This document shows positions 56,436 through 64,000 of a DNA stretch of 64,000 nucleotides, piece by piece (positions within the stretch are counted from its first letter, which is position 1; every line of letters begins with the position of its first letter). Below the pieces are notes generated by a model, which worked only from the letters and a program-made list of their open reading frames with translations, made no database searches and had not been told where the DNA came from. The DNA comes from a virus. The position numbers and the translations under genes are program-made. Location: the IMG/VR virus record IMGVR_UViG_3300044534_000090, one strand, 5' to 3'.

Positions 56436-56481
56436 CCCGCTGACATGAAAACCATAAACCCAGGTGTAGATCAGGTCTATA
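56436..56481 (-). promoter_or_regulatory. Leftward promoter of the accessory operon
   Basis: Minus TAGACC-17 bp-TATGGT followed by TTTCATGTCAGCGGGA, matching the TGTCAACGGG leader of the X promoters. Confidence 0.6.
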
Positions 56482-56523
56482 TATCGCTCACTCCGAGTGA
56501 GCGTTTCGGGGTCGAGCCCCCGC

Positions 56524-56753
56524 CCCGTGTCGCTCTGGTGTCGCTGCGAGGCTGGACATGGCACGACACCACTGGACATGACTGGACGTCACGACAGCGA
56601 CAGGAATGGCGCAGATCCACGCTACACCCCTAGTGGGAGCTGGTTTGAGGACGGATTCGGGCAACAACTCATGGTTGCCATCCCCTCGTCATGTCCCCTA
56701 GTCAGAGGCAACTTTCCGGTCCATCATCGGCCCGTGTCGCTCAGGTGTCGCTG
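56524..56753. mobile_element. attP-like region of phage Y
   Basis: 23-nt paired arm repeats CCCGTGTCGCTCWGGTGTCGCTG at 56524-56546 and 56731-56753; CTGGAC repeats 56552-56590; inverted core candidate GGCAAC-AACTCATG-GTTGCC 56660-56679. Confidence 0.7.
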
Positions 56754-57871
56754 AGAGCACCGGCGATCTCATCCCCCACAGCCGCCATCGACGCATCATC
56801 CGAGGGCCAGAGATGCGAGTAGACCCGCAGCGTCTCCGTCACGTCGGCGTGCCCCAGACGGTCAGCCACCGCCCTGGGGGACATGCCCGCGTGGATCAGC
56901 GCCGAGGCGTGGAAGTGCCTCAAATCGTGCCAGCCTGAGCGCGGCCACAACCCCATGCCGTCGACGGCACGATGCCAGATCCCCACCATGGGCGACGTCG
57001 ACAGCGCCCCGTTCGCCCGGGATGTCCACACCAGCCCGGACACCCCGTCACCCCACCGGCTCCGATGATCCGCCAGCACCTCGAGCGCGGCGGGCCCCAG
57101 GGAGACGGTCCGATTCGACCTCGGCGTCTTCGGCGGCCCCCACTTCGGATCGTGCGCACTCCCCTGCCTCAGCTGCCGATCCACCCGCAGCCCACCAGCC
57201 TGCACATGATCCCAGGTGAGCCCCCACAGTTCCGCCGGACGCAGCCCCGACGCCGCCGCGACGATCACCAGAGAGCGCAGCCGCTCCGGCACCCGCGAGA
57301 CGATCGTCGCCACCTGCCCGGCGGTGAGCACCCGCGTCTTCCCAGGAGTCAGTCTCGGCAGCCTCACCCCGACGCACGGGTCACGCTCGATCACCCCGTC
57401 GGCCACCGCCTGAGACATGGCGCCCCGCAGGAACGGCCAGCGCGCCTTCACGGTCGCCGGGGCGAACTGCTCCGCCCATCCGTTGACCGCGTCCTGGATG
57501 CGCTGGCGGGTGAGCGACTGCACCGACTCCCCCGCCAACGCCGGAATGATCACCTGGTCAATGGCCGTGGCGGCGTGGCGGCGCGTCGACGCAGACCAGT
57601 GCAGCTGACCGGCCGCCCAGTCGTGCAGCCAGCGGTCGAGTGGCACCGGACCCGACGGCGCGGTCCTGCCGTCCAGCTCACGGATGACCTTCTCCGCCTC
57701 ATCCTTGCTGGCACACGCCCTGGCCTGCCGCCGCCCCGCGGCATCGGTCCAGACAGCCTGCCAGCGCTTCCCGCGACCCCACCTGGCATTGTGGATCCGC
57801 TTCGGACGGGCGGCAGGATCCCGATCGAGCTCAGGATTCTGGTCAGTCCAGCGATCGCGGATGTAGGCCAT
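56741..57871 (-). CDS. int: Tyrosine integrase, phage Y
   Basis: GLRPAEL, HDLRHFHAS, LGHA...TLRVY; RBS GGAGG. Confidence 0.95.
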   Translation of the reverse strand: MAYIRDRWTDQNPELDRDPAARPKRIHNARWGRGKRWQAVWTDAAGRRQARACASKDEAEKVIRELDGRTAPSGPVPLDRWLHDWAAGQLHWSASTRRHAATAIDQVIIPALAGESVQSLTRQRIQDAVNGWAEQFAPATVKARWPFLRGAMSQAVADGVIERDPCVGVRLPRLTPGKTRVLTAGQVATIVSRVPERLRSLVIVAAASGLRPAELWGLTWDHVQAGGLRVDRQLRQGSAHDPKWGPPKTPRSNRTVSLGPAALEVLADHRSRWGDGVSGLVWTSRANGALSTSPMVGIWHRAVDGMGLWPRSGWHDLRHFHASALIHAGMSPRAVADRLGHADVTETLRVYSHLWPSDDASMAAVGDEIAGALSDT

Positions 57872-57888
57872 CACACCTCCAATCACAC

Positions 57889-57919
57889 GGCCCCTCGCAG
57901 CTCAGCACTGCGAGGGGCC
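57889..57919. terminator. Hairpin terminator upstream of int
   Basis: GGCCCCTCGCAG-loop-CTGCGAGGGGCC. Confidence 0.65.
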
Positions 57920-57943
57920 GTTCTTGTGCGTCCCAAGATCGTT

Positions 57944-58411
57944 CTACTTGATGGAGGTCGCGTCGCAGGACGCCGACGCCATGTTCCCAGACCCCGAGTT
58001 CTTCGACTGAGACTTGCCGTCCACTAGGACCTCGCAGGACACCTTGGTGGCCCCGTCCATGTCTCCCGTCACGGTGAGGGAGACGCCGTCCCACCCGGTG
58101 ATGGTCTGATCCTTGGTCCAGTCCTTCGAAATGTCCTCGGTCGATGTGCCAGACGACGCGCCGTAGGTGATGTTCGCCTTGCCATTCGTCGTGACCTTGT
58201 ACGTCACCTTATGCTGCGCCGAGGTGGCCGAGTCCACAGCATTCACGGCGTCATTAGCGCCCTTCGCCATGCACGACACGGCGGCAATGACCACGACGAT
58301 GATGACCACCACGGCGATGATCGCAGTCCAGAGGCAGCCGTGCTTCTTCTTCGGCGGCTGCTGGGGCTGCTGGTATCCGGGCGCAGGCTGCCCAGGGTTC
58401 TGGGAGGACAT
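57944..58411 (-). CDS. MmpS-like membrane/exported protein (possible superinfection exclusion)
   Basis: Q/P N-terminus, KKKHG, TM helix, VTYKVT...CEVLVDGK...ASC. Confidence 0.7.
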   Translation of the reverse strand: MSSQNPGQPAPGYQQPQQPPKKKHGCLWTAIIAVVVIIVVVIAAVSCMAKGANDAVNAVDSATSAQHKVTYKVTTNGKANITYGASSGTSTEDISKDWTKDQTITGWDGVSLTVTGDMDGATKVSCEVLVDGKSQSKNSGSGNMASASCDATSIK

Positions 58412-58462
58412 GTTGGATTCTCCTTCTTGCTGGGTGCCACCTTGGCGCCCGACGTGATGGTC

Positions 58463-58885
58463 TCACACCTGTGAGGGGTGCGAGACCGCGGCCTCAATCT
58501 GAGATCGCTCCTCCCTACTGAGGTGGGCGATCCTGGCGTGCAGGGTTGGCAGGTCCACCCAGCACTCCTCCGCGACCTCGCCAGGCCATCGCGACCACTG
58601 GAGGGCGGACACGAGGCGTGGGATGTCGATGAGCCGGCGGGACGCCTCGTCACGCACGTCCCGTTCTTCCAAGCGGCGCAGGCGCCGATCGGTCGACACT
58701 GGGCCACGCTCGATGTGGATGAGTTCGTGGCAGATCGCTGATCTCCGCCCGGCCTGGTCCAGGCTGGAGTTCAGCGTGACGACGCCGGTCCTGAAATTGA
58801 CCTCGCCGTGCTTCGTCTTGGGCATGACTGCACTGTCCAGGGTCCATGCGTCCTGGTCCCGGAATGCCCGCCAAGGATGATGCAT
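58463..58885 (-). CDS. ImmA/IrrE-like metallopeptidase
   Basis: RSAICHELIHIERG. Confidence 0.85.
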   Translation of the reverse strand: MHHPWRAFRDQDAWTLDSAVMPKTKHGEVNFRTGVVTLNSSLDQAGRRSAICHELIHIERGPVSTDRRLRRLEERDVRDEASRRLIDIPRLVSALQWSRWPGEVAEECWVDLPTLHARIAHLSREERSQIEAAVSHPSQV

Positions 58886-58915
58886 GCCCTCATCGTGGCC
58901 CCGAGCGCCGACAGT

Positions 58916-59470
58916 TCAGCTGTCGTCATCGTCATCGTAGGCGGCTGTCTCGGCCTGCCACGGCTCGAGCTCACCGGGGAGCCAGCCCTTCGGCCCGCGC
59001 CGCGCCATCGGGGTCACGCTTCCGTTCTTCTGAGCCTCGGATTGCCCATCGTCACTGCCTCCTCCCCGCTCGCCCTGCTGCTCTGGTGTCTTCTGATCCT
59101 TGGATCGCCGACCCGCACTGCTGACCTCCTGGTCTCTTGCCGCGAGGATCGCATCCATGACGCCCTCCACGGCCTTCTTCTCGGACTCGGTGAGGCGGTC
59201 GTACTTCTGCCATCCGCCCGGCGGCGTGTAGCCGGCCTCGGCGGATCGGACCTGCTCCTCGCTCACCCGGCAGATGAGCGCAAGATCCCTCACCGTGTAA
59301 GACCGACGTGTCGCCGTCGCCTCGCCGCTTGCGAATCGCCGCAGCGACTCGTAGGTGATCGCGTCGCTGGTTAGATCCGCCGCCCGGTACATGGAGCGCA
59401 GGCTGGAGAACCCCAGCTCGCCCTTCCTCCTGGCGATCAGGTCGGCTAGTGAGTGGATCACGTCATCCAT
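58916..59470 (-). CDS. Immunity repressor
   Basis: HTH-like N-terminus (SLRSMYRAAD...YESLRRF); divergent from cro; upstream of ImmA. Confidence 0.7.
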   Translation of the reverse strand: MDDVIHSLADLIARRKGELGFSSLRSMYRAADLTSDAITYESLRRFASGEATATRRSYTVRDLALICRVSEEQVRSAEAGYTPPGGWQKYDRLTESEKKAVEGVMDAILAARDQEVSSAGRRSKDQKTPEQQGERGGGSDDGQSEAQKNGSVTPMARRGPKGWLPGELEPWQAETAAYDDDDDS

Positions 59471-59509
59471 GGTGGGGTCCTTGTGGGTCGCGGTACGACT
59501 CGCCACCCT

Positions 59510-59640
59510 ATGGCTTGTACAAGGAACCGGGCTACAGCGACAGCATGACACGCGGCACGGCTAGGGATTTTGCGCGGCATCTAGACATGTACAAGTGACA
59601 CGGGTTACCGTGTAACCACGTTTGGTACTTGTCAACAACC
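59510..59640. promoter_or_regulatory. Switch region with candidate operators
   Basis: CTTGTACAAG, CATGTACAAG, ACTTGTCAAC and the inverted repeat ACACGG-GTTA-CCGTGT. Confidence 0.5.
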
Positions 59641-59655
59641 GAGAAGGGGAGCACG

Positions 59656-59961
59656 ATGAAGCTACGCAGGATCCACCCGAAGGGAGCATGGATGAAACTG
59701 ACAGACCCGGCCCGCATGGCCAGACTCCGCAAGCGCCGCGACTACACGCAGTCTGACCTGTCCTCACTGGTCGGCTGCACCCAGCAGTACATCTCCGCGA
59801 TGGAGACCGGAGCCGACACCGACTGCTCGGAGCGCATCGCTCTCGAGATCTGCCGACGCCTCGACGTCGACCTGGAGGACCTCTTCCGCGACATCACCCC
59901 GTCTTCGCTGCCCACTGAGACACGTATAGGCCGTGGAACCTCGAAGGAGCGTGTCGCATGA
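59656..59961 (+). CDS. Cro-like XRE HTH
   Basis: YTQSDLSSLVGCTQQYISAME. Confidence 0.85.
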   Translation: MKLRRIHPKGAWMKLTDPARMARLRKRRDYTQSDLSSLVGCTQQYISAMETGADTDCSERIALEICRRLDVDLEDLFRDITPSSLPTETRIGRGTSKERVA

Positions 59962-60800
59962 CTGCTCAGACAGAGACGAGGCCCCGCCCGAGTGCAACGG
60001 GCGAGGCCTCAGGAACCAACAACGAAGGAGATTCCATGTCCATCATCCCATTCACCTACGAGGGGCGCGAACTGCGATTCCTCGCCGACGAGCTCGGGAA
60101 CCCCGAGGTGGTCGCCGCCGACCTCGCGAAGGCCCTCGGGCATGCGGACGCGACCCACATGCTCCGTGCGATCGATGACGACGAGAAGGGTCTCCGTCTG
60201 GTGGAGACCCTTGGCGGCGGGCAGCAGATGACGGTCCTTACGGAGGCCGGCATGTACCAGGCGATCCTCCAGCGCCAGACCGGACGCATGACCGACCCCA
60301 CCCAGAAGACAGCAGTGAAGGCCTTCCAGCGCTGGGTCACCCACGAGGTCCTCCCGCAGATCCGGCGCACCGGCTCATACGCCGTCGCCGATCAGGTGCC
60401 CAAGTCGCTGCCCGAGGCGCTGCGCGCCTACGCCCGGGAAGTTGAGGCGCGGCAGGCCATGGAGGCCTACGCCATGGAGCTGGAGCCGAAGGCCGACGCC
60501 TACCAGGCCTTCATGGACGCTGACGGCACCTACGCGGTCGGCACGGTCGCGAAGATGCTCGGCCTGTCCCAGAACAAGCTGTTCGCCGAGCTGCGGAACC
60601 GCGGCGTGATGATCGCCAAGGGTGCCATGCGCAACACCCCGTACCAGCGGTTCATGCACCACTTCGCGGTGAAGGCGTTCGACTACACCCGCGGCGACGG
60701 GACAACCGGCACCTCGTACACGACCAGAGTGCAGCCGTCCGGCGTGGACTTCATCCGCCGACAGCTTGGACTCCCGGCCGTCGAGGAGGTGGCGGCATGA
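59958..60800 (+). CDS. Antirepressor (BRO-N plus ANT/KilA-C)
   Basis: PFTYEGRELR...VAADLAKALG; LEPKADAY...AKMLGLSQNKLF. Confidence 0.9.
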   Translation: MTAQTETRPRPSATGEASGTNNEGDSMSIIPFTYEGRELRFLADELGNPEVVAADLAKALGHADATHMLRAIDDDEKGLRLVETLGGGQQMTVLTEAGMYQAILQRQTGRMTDPTQKTAVKAFQRWVTHEVLPQIRRTGSYAVADQVPKSLPEALRAYAREVEARQAMEAYAMELEPKADAYQAFMDADGTYAVGTVAKMLGLSQNKLFAELRNRGVMIAKGAMRNTPYQRFMHHFAVKAFDYTRGDGTTGTSYTTRVQPSGVDFIRRQLGLPAVEEVAA

Positions 60801-61568
60801 GCCTCATTCAGGGGTGCCTGTCCCGCACCGCCGCCACCGCCGCCGACATGGACGCCGCCCGCGCCGAGCATCTCCCGGCCGACGAGATGCGGGCCGCCAA
60901 GGATCCCGCGCTGATCGACCCCGAGCGCGTCGCCGAGAGGGCCATCCTCGCCGCCGTCGCCTACATGCGCGACCAGGCGCAGCTCGGCCACGACATCACC
61001 GGCGCCCTCGCCTGCGTCATGGAGCGCCAGGAGCACCTCGCCAGCCTCCAGGCCCGCCGCCGCCACCCAGCATTCAGGAGCCAGTCATGAATTTCGCCGA
61101 CACCACCACCCTCGCCGAGATCCAGATCGCCCGGGCCGAGCAGGCGCCGGGCTGGGACGCCGGAGACGCACACGATCTGCGGGTCCGGTCCGAGCAGGCG
61201 CCGCACCAGCAGGCCGCCGAGGAGATCGTCGTCACCACGGCCGCCGACCGTCTCACGGACAAGCTGGTCCGCCTCACCATCGCCGCCCGGGCCGCCACGA
61301 TCCGCTGGGACCGCACCGAGCAGAGCGGCGGGACCGGCTATGACCCGCTCCTCGCCCAGGCCATGGAGGAGCTCGCCGCCACCCTCAAGGAGATCGGCGC
61401 ATGACCGCCCACGAGACCGGCTGGACCGTCCGGCACCGCCACGGCCACCGGGACACCTGGCATCCCGGCTGCACCTGCGGCTGGAACGGCGCGGTCTGCC
61501 ACACCGAGACCATGGCCGTCGCACTCTGCGACCAGCACCTCGCAGACATCAAGGAGATCAACTCATGA
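60797..61568 (+). CDS. Three small early ORFs (60797-61090, 61087-61404, 61401-61568)
   Basis: ATGA-coupled; the last has CTCGW...H. Confidence 0.55.
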
Positions 61569-61750
61569 CCGCGATCACCGATGAGCGTCGCCTGTCCCCG
61601 GAGGAGGTGGCCGACCTCTGGAATGTGCCGGTGAAGTCGGTCCACCAGATGCTGCGCCGCGGCGAGCTGGACGGCTTCAAGGTGCGGGAGAAGTGGCGGA
61701 TCCGGCCCGACGAGGTGGCCCGTTTCGAGCGTGAGGGGGCCCGCAGATGA
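61565..61750 (+). CDS. Excisionase-like HTH_17 protein
   Basis: LSPEEVADLWNV....V..MLRRGEL.GFKV..KWRI. Confidence 0.85.
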   Translation: MTAITDERRLSPEEVADLWNVPVKSVHQMLRRGELDGFKVREKWRIRPDEVARFEREGARR

Positions 61751-63133
61751 GCCGCACTCTCGCCGCGGCGGTGCTGGTCGCCGCCGCCCTTGCGGCGCTG
61801 GCGGCCCTGGCTGTGGAGGACCTCCTTCACGGGCTCGACGAGGTCGGCGATGAGGGGATGTGGATCTGATGCCCACCCTCACGAACGGGGGCCTCATCCT
61901 CCTCCTGCTGATCCTCGGCGTCGCCACCGTCGCCCTGCTCCTGGCCGCCGATGAGCGGCACCTCGACCGCCTGCTGTGGCAGGCCATGACCCACACCGAT
62001 GACGACCCCGAGGAGGGGAACAGATGACCACGATCAGACTCAGCCGCACCGACATGCAGGACATCCGTCTTGCACTGCGAACCGTCGCGTCCAAGAACCT
62101 GGGGTCGTCGCGCCTGATCCCGTTCGCGGATCAACTCCAGGCCGTTCAAGAGGGCACCCTCACCGATGACCGCGTGTCTACGGTGACCGTGCCGGAGGCG
62201 GCGTGGGAGGCCCTCATCGACCTGAAACGCCAGGTGCACTCCCTGGTCGCTGCTGAGGAGGCCCGCCGCCGCGCCCACACCCTCGACCGCTACGACGACG
62301 CCCAGGCAGCAGAAGGCCGCCTGTACGACCAACTCGACAAGGTGCGCGACGAGTGGCTCTTCGCTGAGCGTGCCACCCAGGGGATCCGGCAGGACCAGGT
62401 CGTGGACGCCGAGGTGGCCGAATCATGACCACCGCTTCTGTCACCCTCACCCACGAGCAGATGTCGAACCTGCTCCTGACTCTCCAGTGGTCTGCCGCCC
62501 CGAGGATCGCGGAGCAGCGAGTCGTGGCGCCGCTGGTGGGGGCGCGTCGCGAGCTCGTGCAACTGCTGCAACCGTTCGACGGCGAGGTCACCATCACCGG
62601 CCCCGCCCACATCTCCGGTGTGGAGGCGGAGAAGGTGACCGTCCGCAACCCCGCCGTGAAACGCGACCGGGAAGCCATCACCGAGCATGACGACCTGACC
62701 CGGCTCGCCCTGGCCGCCGCCCGGGTCATCGGGGACCGCCGGCACCTCATCGCACTGGACGCGCAGGCCGGCCCGTCTGGGGATGACCGGGACGTGGCTG
62801 TCGCCCATCTCGAACGGTCCCTCAACGGCCTATCCGACGTGCTCTCCGTCGTCATCAACCACCAGGAGCACCGCAATGCTTCCTGAAATCCCCATCCCGG
62901 GCGTCCCCACCATCGCGGAGGACATCGAACAGCTGCTGCGCTGCGTCGAGCGACTCGCCGCCGCCGACACGAACCTCCGCGCCGCAGAACTCGACCCGTC
63001 CGAGTTCGACAAGGACGGCCTGGCTCACGCCAAGGCAGGCCAGCTGAGGGCCATGACTGACCTGACTTGGTGCGCCCATGTCACCGCCGAGCGGCAGCAC
63101 TGGCGCCACGAACTCGCAGACCAGCAGGGCTGA
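61747..63133 (+). CDS. Coupled small early ORFs (61747-61869, 61869-62027, 62024-62428, 62425-62886, 62876-63133)
   Basis: Overlapping starts/stops; two are membrane peptides. Confidence 0.55.
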
Positions 63134-63174
63134 ACCACATCCATCTCCAACCCACTCACGAGAAGAGAACTGAA

Positions 63175-63789
63175 ATGGCAACCAATACCACCCAGATCAA
63201 CCTCCAGCCGCTCACCAAGACCAGGATGCTCGTGCCCATCGTCGGGACAGCACCGCTGATCGTGCACAAGTGGTCCGAGAAGGCTAAGCGTCAGATGCTC
63301 GACGCCCAGCAGGGCAAGAAGAAGGCCAAGGAGATCCGTGACCCGCAGGCCGACTACGAGGCCAGCCTGTACCACACCGCAGATGGCGGTTTCGGGTTCC
63401 CGGTGATCGCGTTCAAGGCGGCCACGATCCGGGGAGCGAAGCTCCAGAACGTCACGATGACCGACGCCAGGCAGATGTTCTTCGTCCACGGCGACCTGTC
63501 CGACGACAAGACCCAGGAACTGGCCCCGATCGCCGGTGATCCGCGTATGCGCGAGGACATGGTCCGCGTCGGCAAGGGAGGTACCGACCTCAGATACCGG
63601 GGCGAGTTCCTCGAATGGCGGACGGTCCTGTCCGTCGAGTTCTACGACAGGTTCATTGATCAGGGATCACTGCTGAACCTCATCGAGTTCGGCGGCGAGT
63701 CAGTCGGCGTGGGCGAGTGGAGGCCGGAGAAGAACGGCCAGAACGGCACCTACCGCATCGACACCGACGCCGAGATCCGGGTGATGTGA
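63175..63789 (+). CDS. Stand-alone RAMP/Cas7-like protein
   Basis: IVGTAPLIVH, GFPVIAFKAATIR, RYRGEF..W and C-terminal G-loop GVGEWRPEKNGQNGTYRI follow the RAMP motif order. Confidence 0.6.
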   Translation: MATNTTQINLQPLTKTRMLVPIVGTAPLIVHKWSEKAKRQMLDAQQGKKKAKEIRDPQADYEASLYHTADGGFGFPVIAFKAATIRGAKLQNVTMTDARQMFFVHGDLSDDKTQELAPIAGDPRMREDMVRVGKGGTDLRYRGEFLEWRTVLSVEFYDRFIDQGSLLNLIEFGGESVGVGEWRPEKNGQNGTYRIDTDAEIRVM

Positions 63790-63790
63790 C

Positions 63791-64000
63791 ATGTCGATCC
63801 GCGACGAGCTCGAACGCATCTACAGCTCCGACGGGACCCTCACCCCGCGGGCTGTGGTCGATGACGCCAGGCCAGAGGATGCGGCCCTCCATCCGTGCTT
63901 CGAGTGGGACGACGCTGTCGCCGGAGAGCAGTACCGCATCGACCAGGCCCGGCACCTGATCCGCTCAGTGAAGATCACAGTCGCCCCGGCGAGGAAAACG
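63791..64000 (+). CDS. Conserved phage hypothetical protein (truncated by window)
   Basis: LTPRAVVDDARP...LHPCFEWDD..A..YRIDQAR.LI. Confidence 0.7.
   Translation, partial: MSIRDELERIYSSDGTLTPRAVVDDARPEDAALHPCFEWDDAVAGEQYRIDQARHLIRSVKITVAPARKT

Noticed and set aside
24113-56753. Simple tandem-prophage model with 24.1-56.7 kb as one prophage
   Set aside because: It requires a second tRNA-Ala core or an intact tRNA at ~56.6 kb, which is absent. Instead the arm repeats of the other integrase flank that site on both sides. Nested models remain possible but are less parsimonious.
1-64000. Complete CRISPR-Cas, DGR/retron, RM or TA system
   Set aside because: No cas1/2/3/5/6/8, reverse transcriptase, methyltransferase or recognisable toxin-antitoxin pair was seen; only repeats and one RAMP-like gene.

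Overview
High-GC actinobacterial temperate siphophage DNA with no host genes; the host is possibly Propionibacteriaceae (inference). The window reads as two different phage genomes in virion gene order, joined head-to-tail near 37.6-37.8 kb. Phage X (1 to ~37.6 kb): terL, SPP1-like portal, capsid with two glycosyltransferase genes directly behind the MCP, tail, lysis, a leftward accessory operon, an intact-looking attP (3' half of tRNA-Ala CGC), integrase, immunity, early/replication genes and HNH. Phage Y (~37.8 kb to beyond 64 kb): terS/terL, HK97-like portal/protease/MCP, tail, lysis, a leftward accessory operon, a second intact-looking attP, integrase, immunity and early genes. Main result: at the same position in both phages, a leftward operon of small unknown genes ends in an Aca-like HTH gene, followed by type I-E CRISPR repeat(s) and a terminator. 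X has one solitary repeat (21842-21870). Y has three degenerate repeats with 20- and 21-nt spacers (55220-55347). This is a candidate combined protein + RNA anti-CRISPR or Cascade-hijacking locus. Y also encodes a stand-alone RAMP/Cas7-like protein (63175-63789). All calls come from motif reading by eye; no searches were run.
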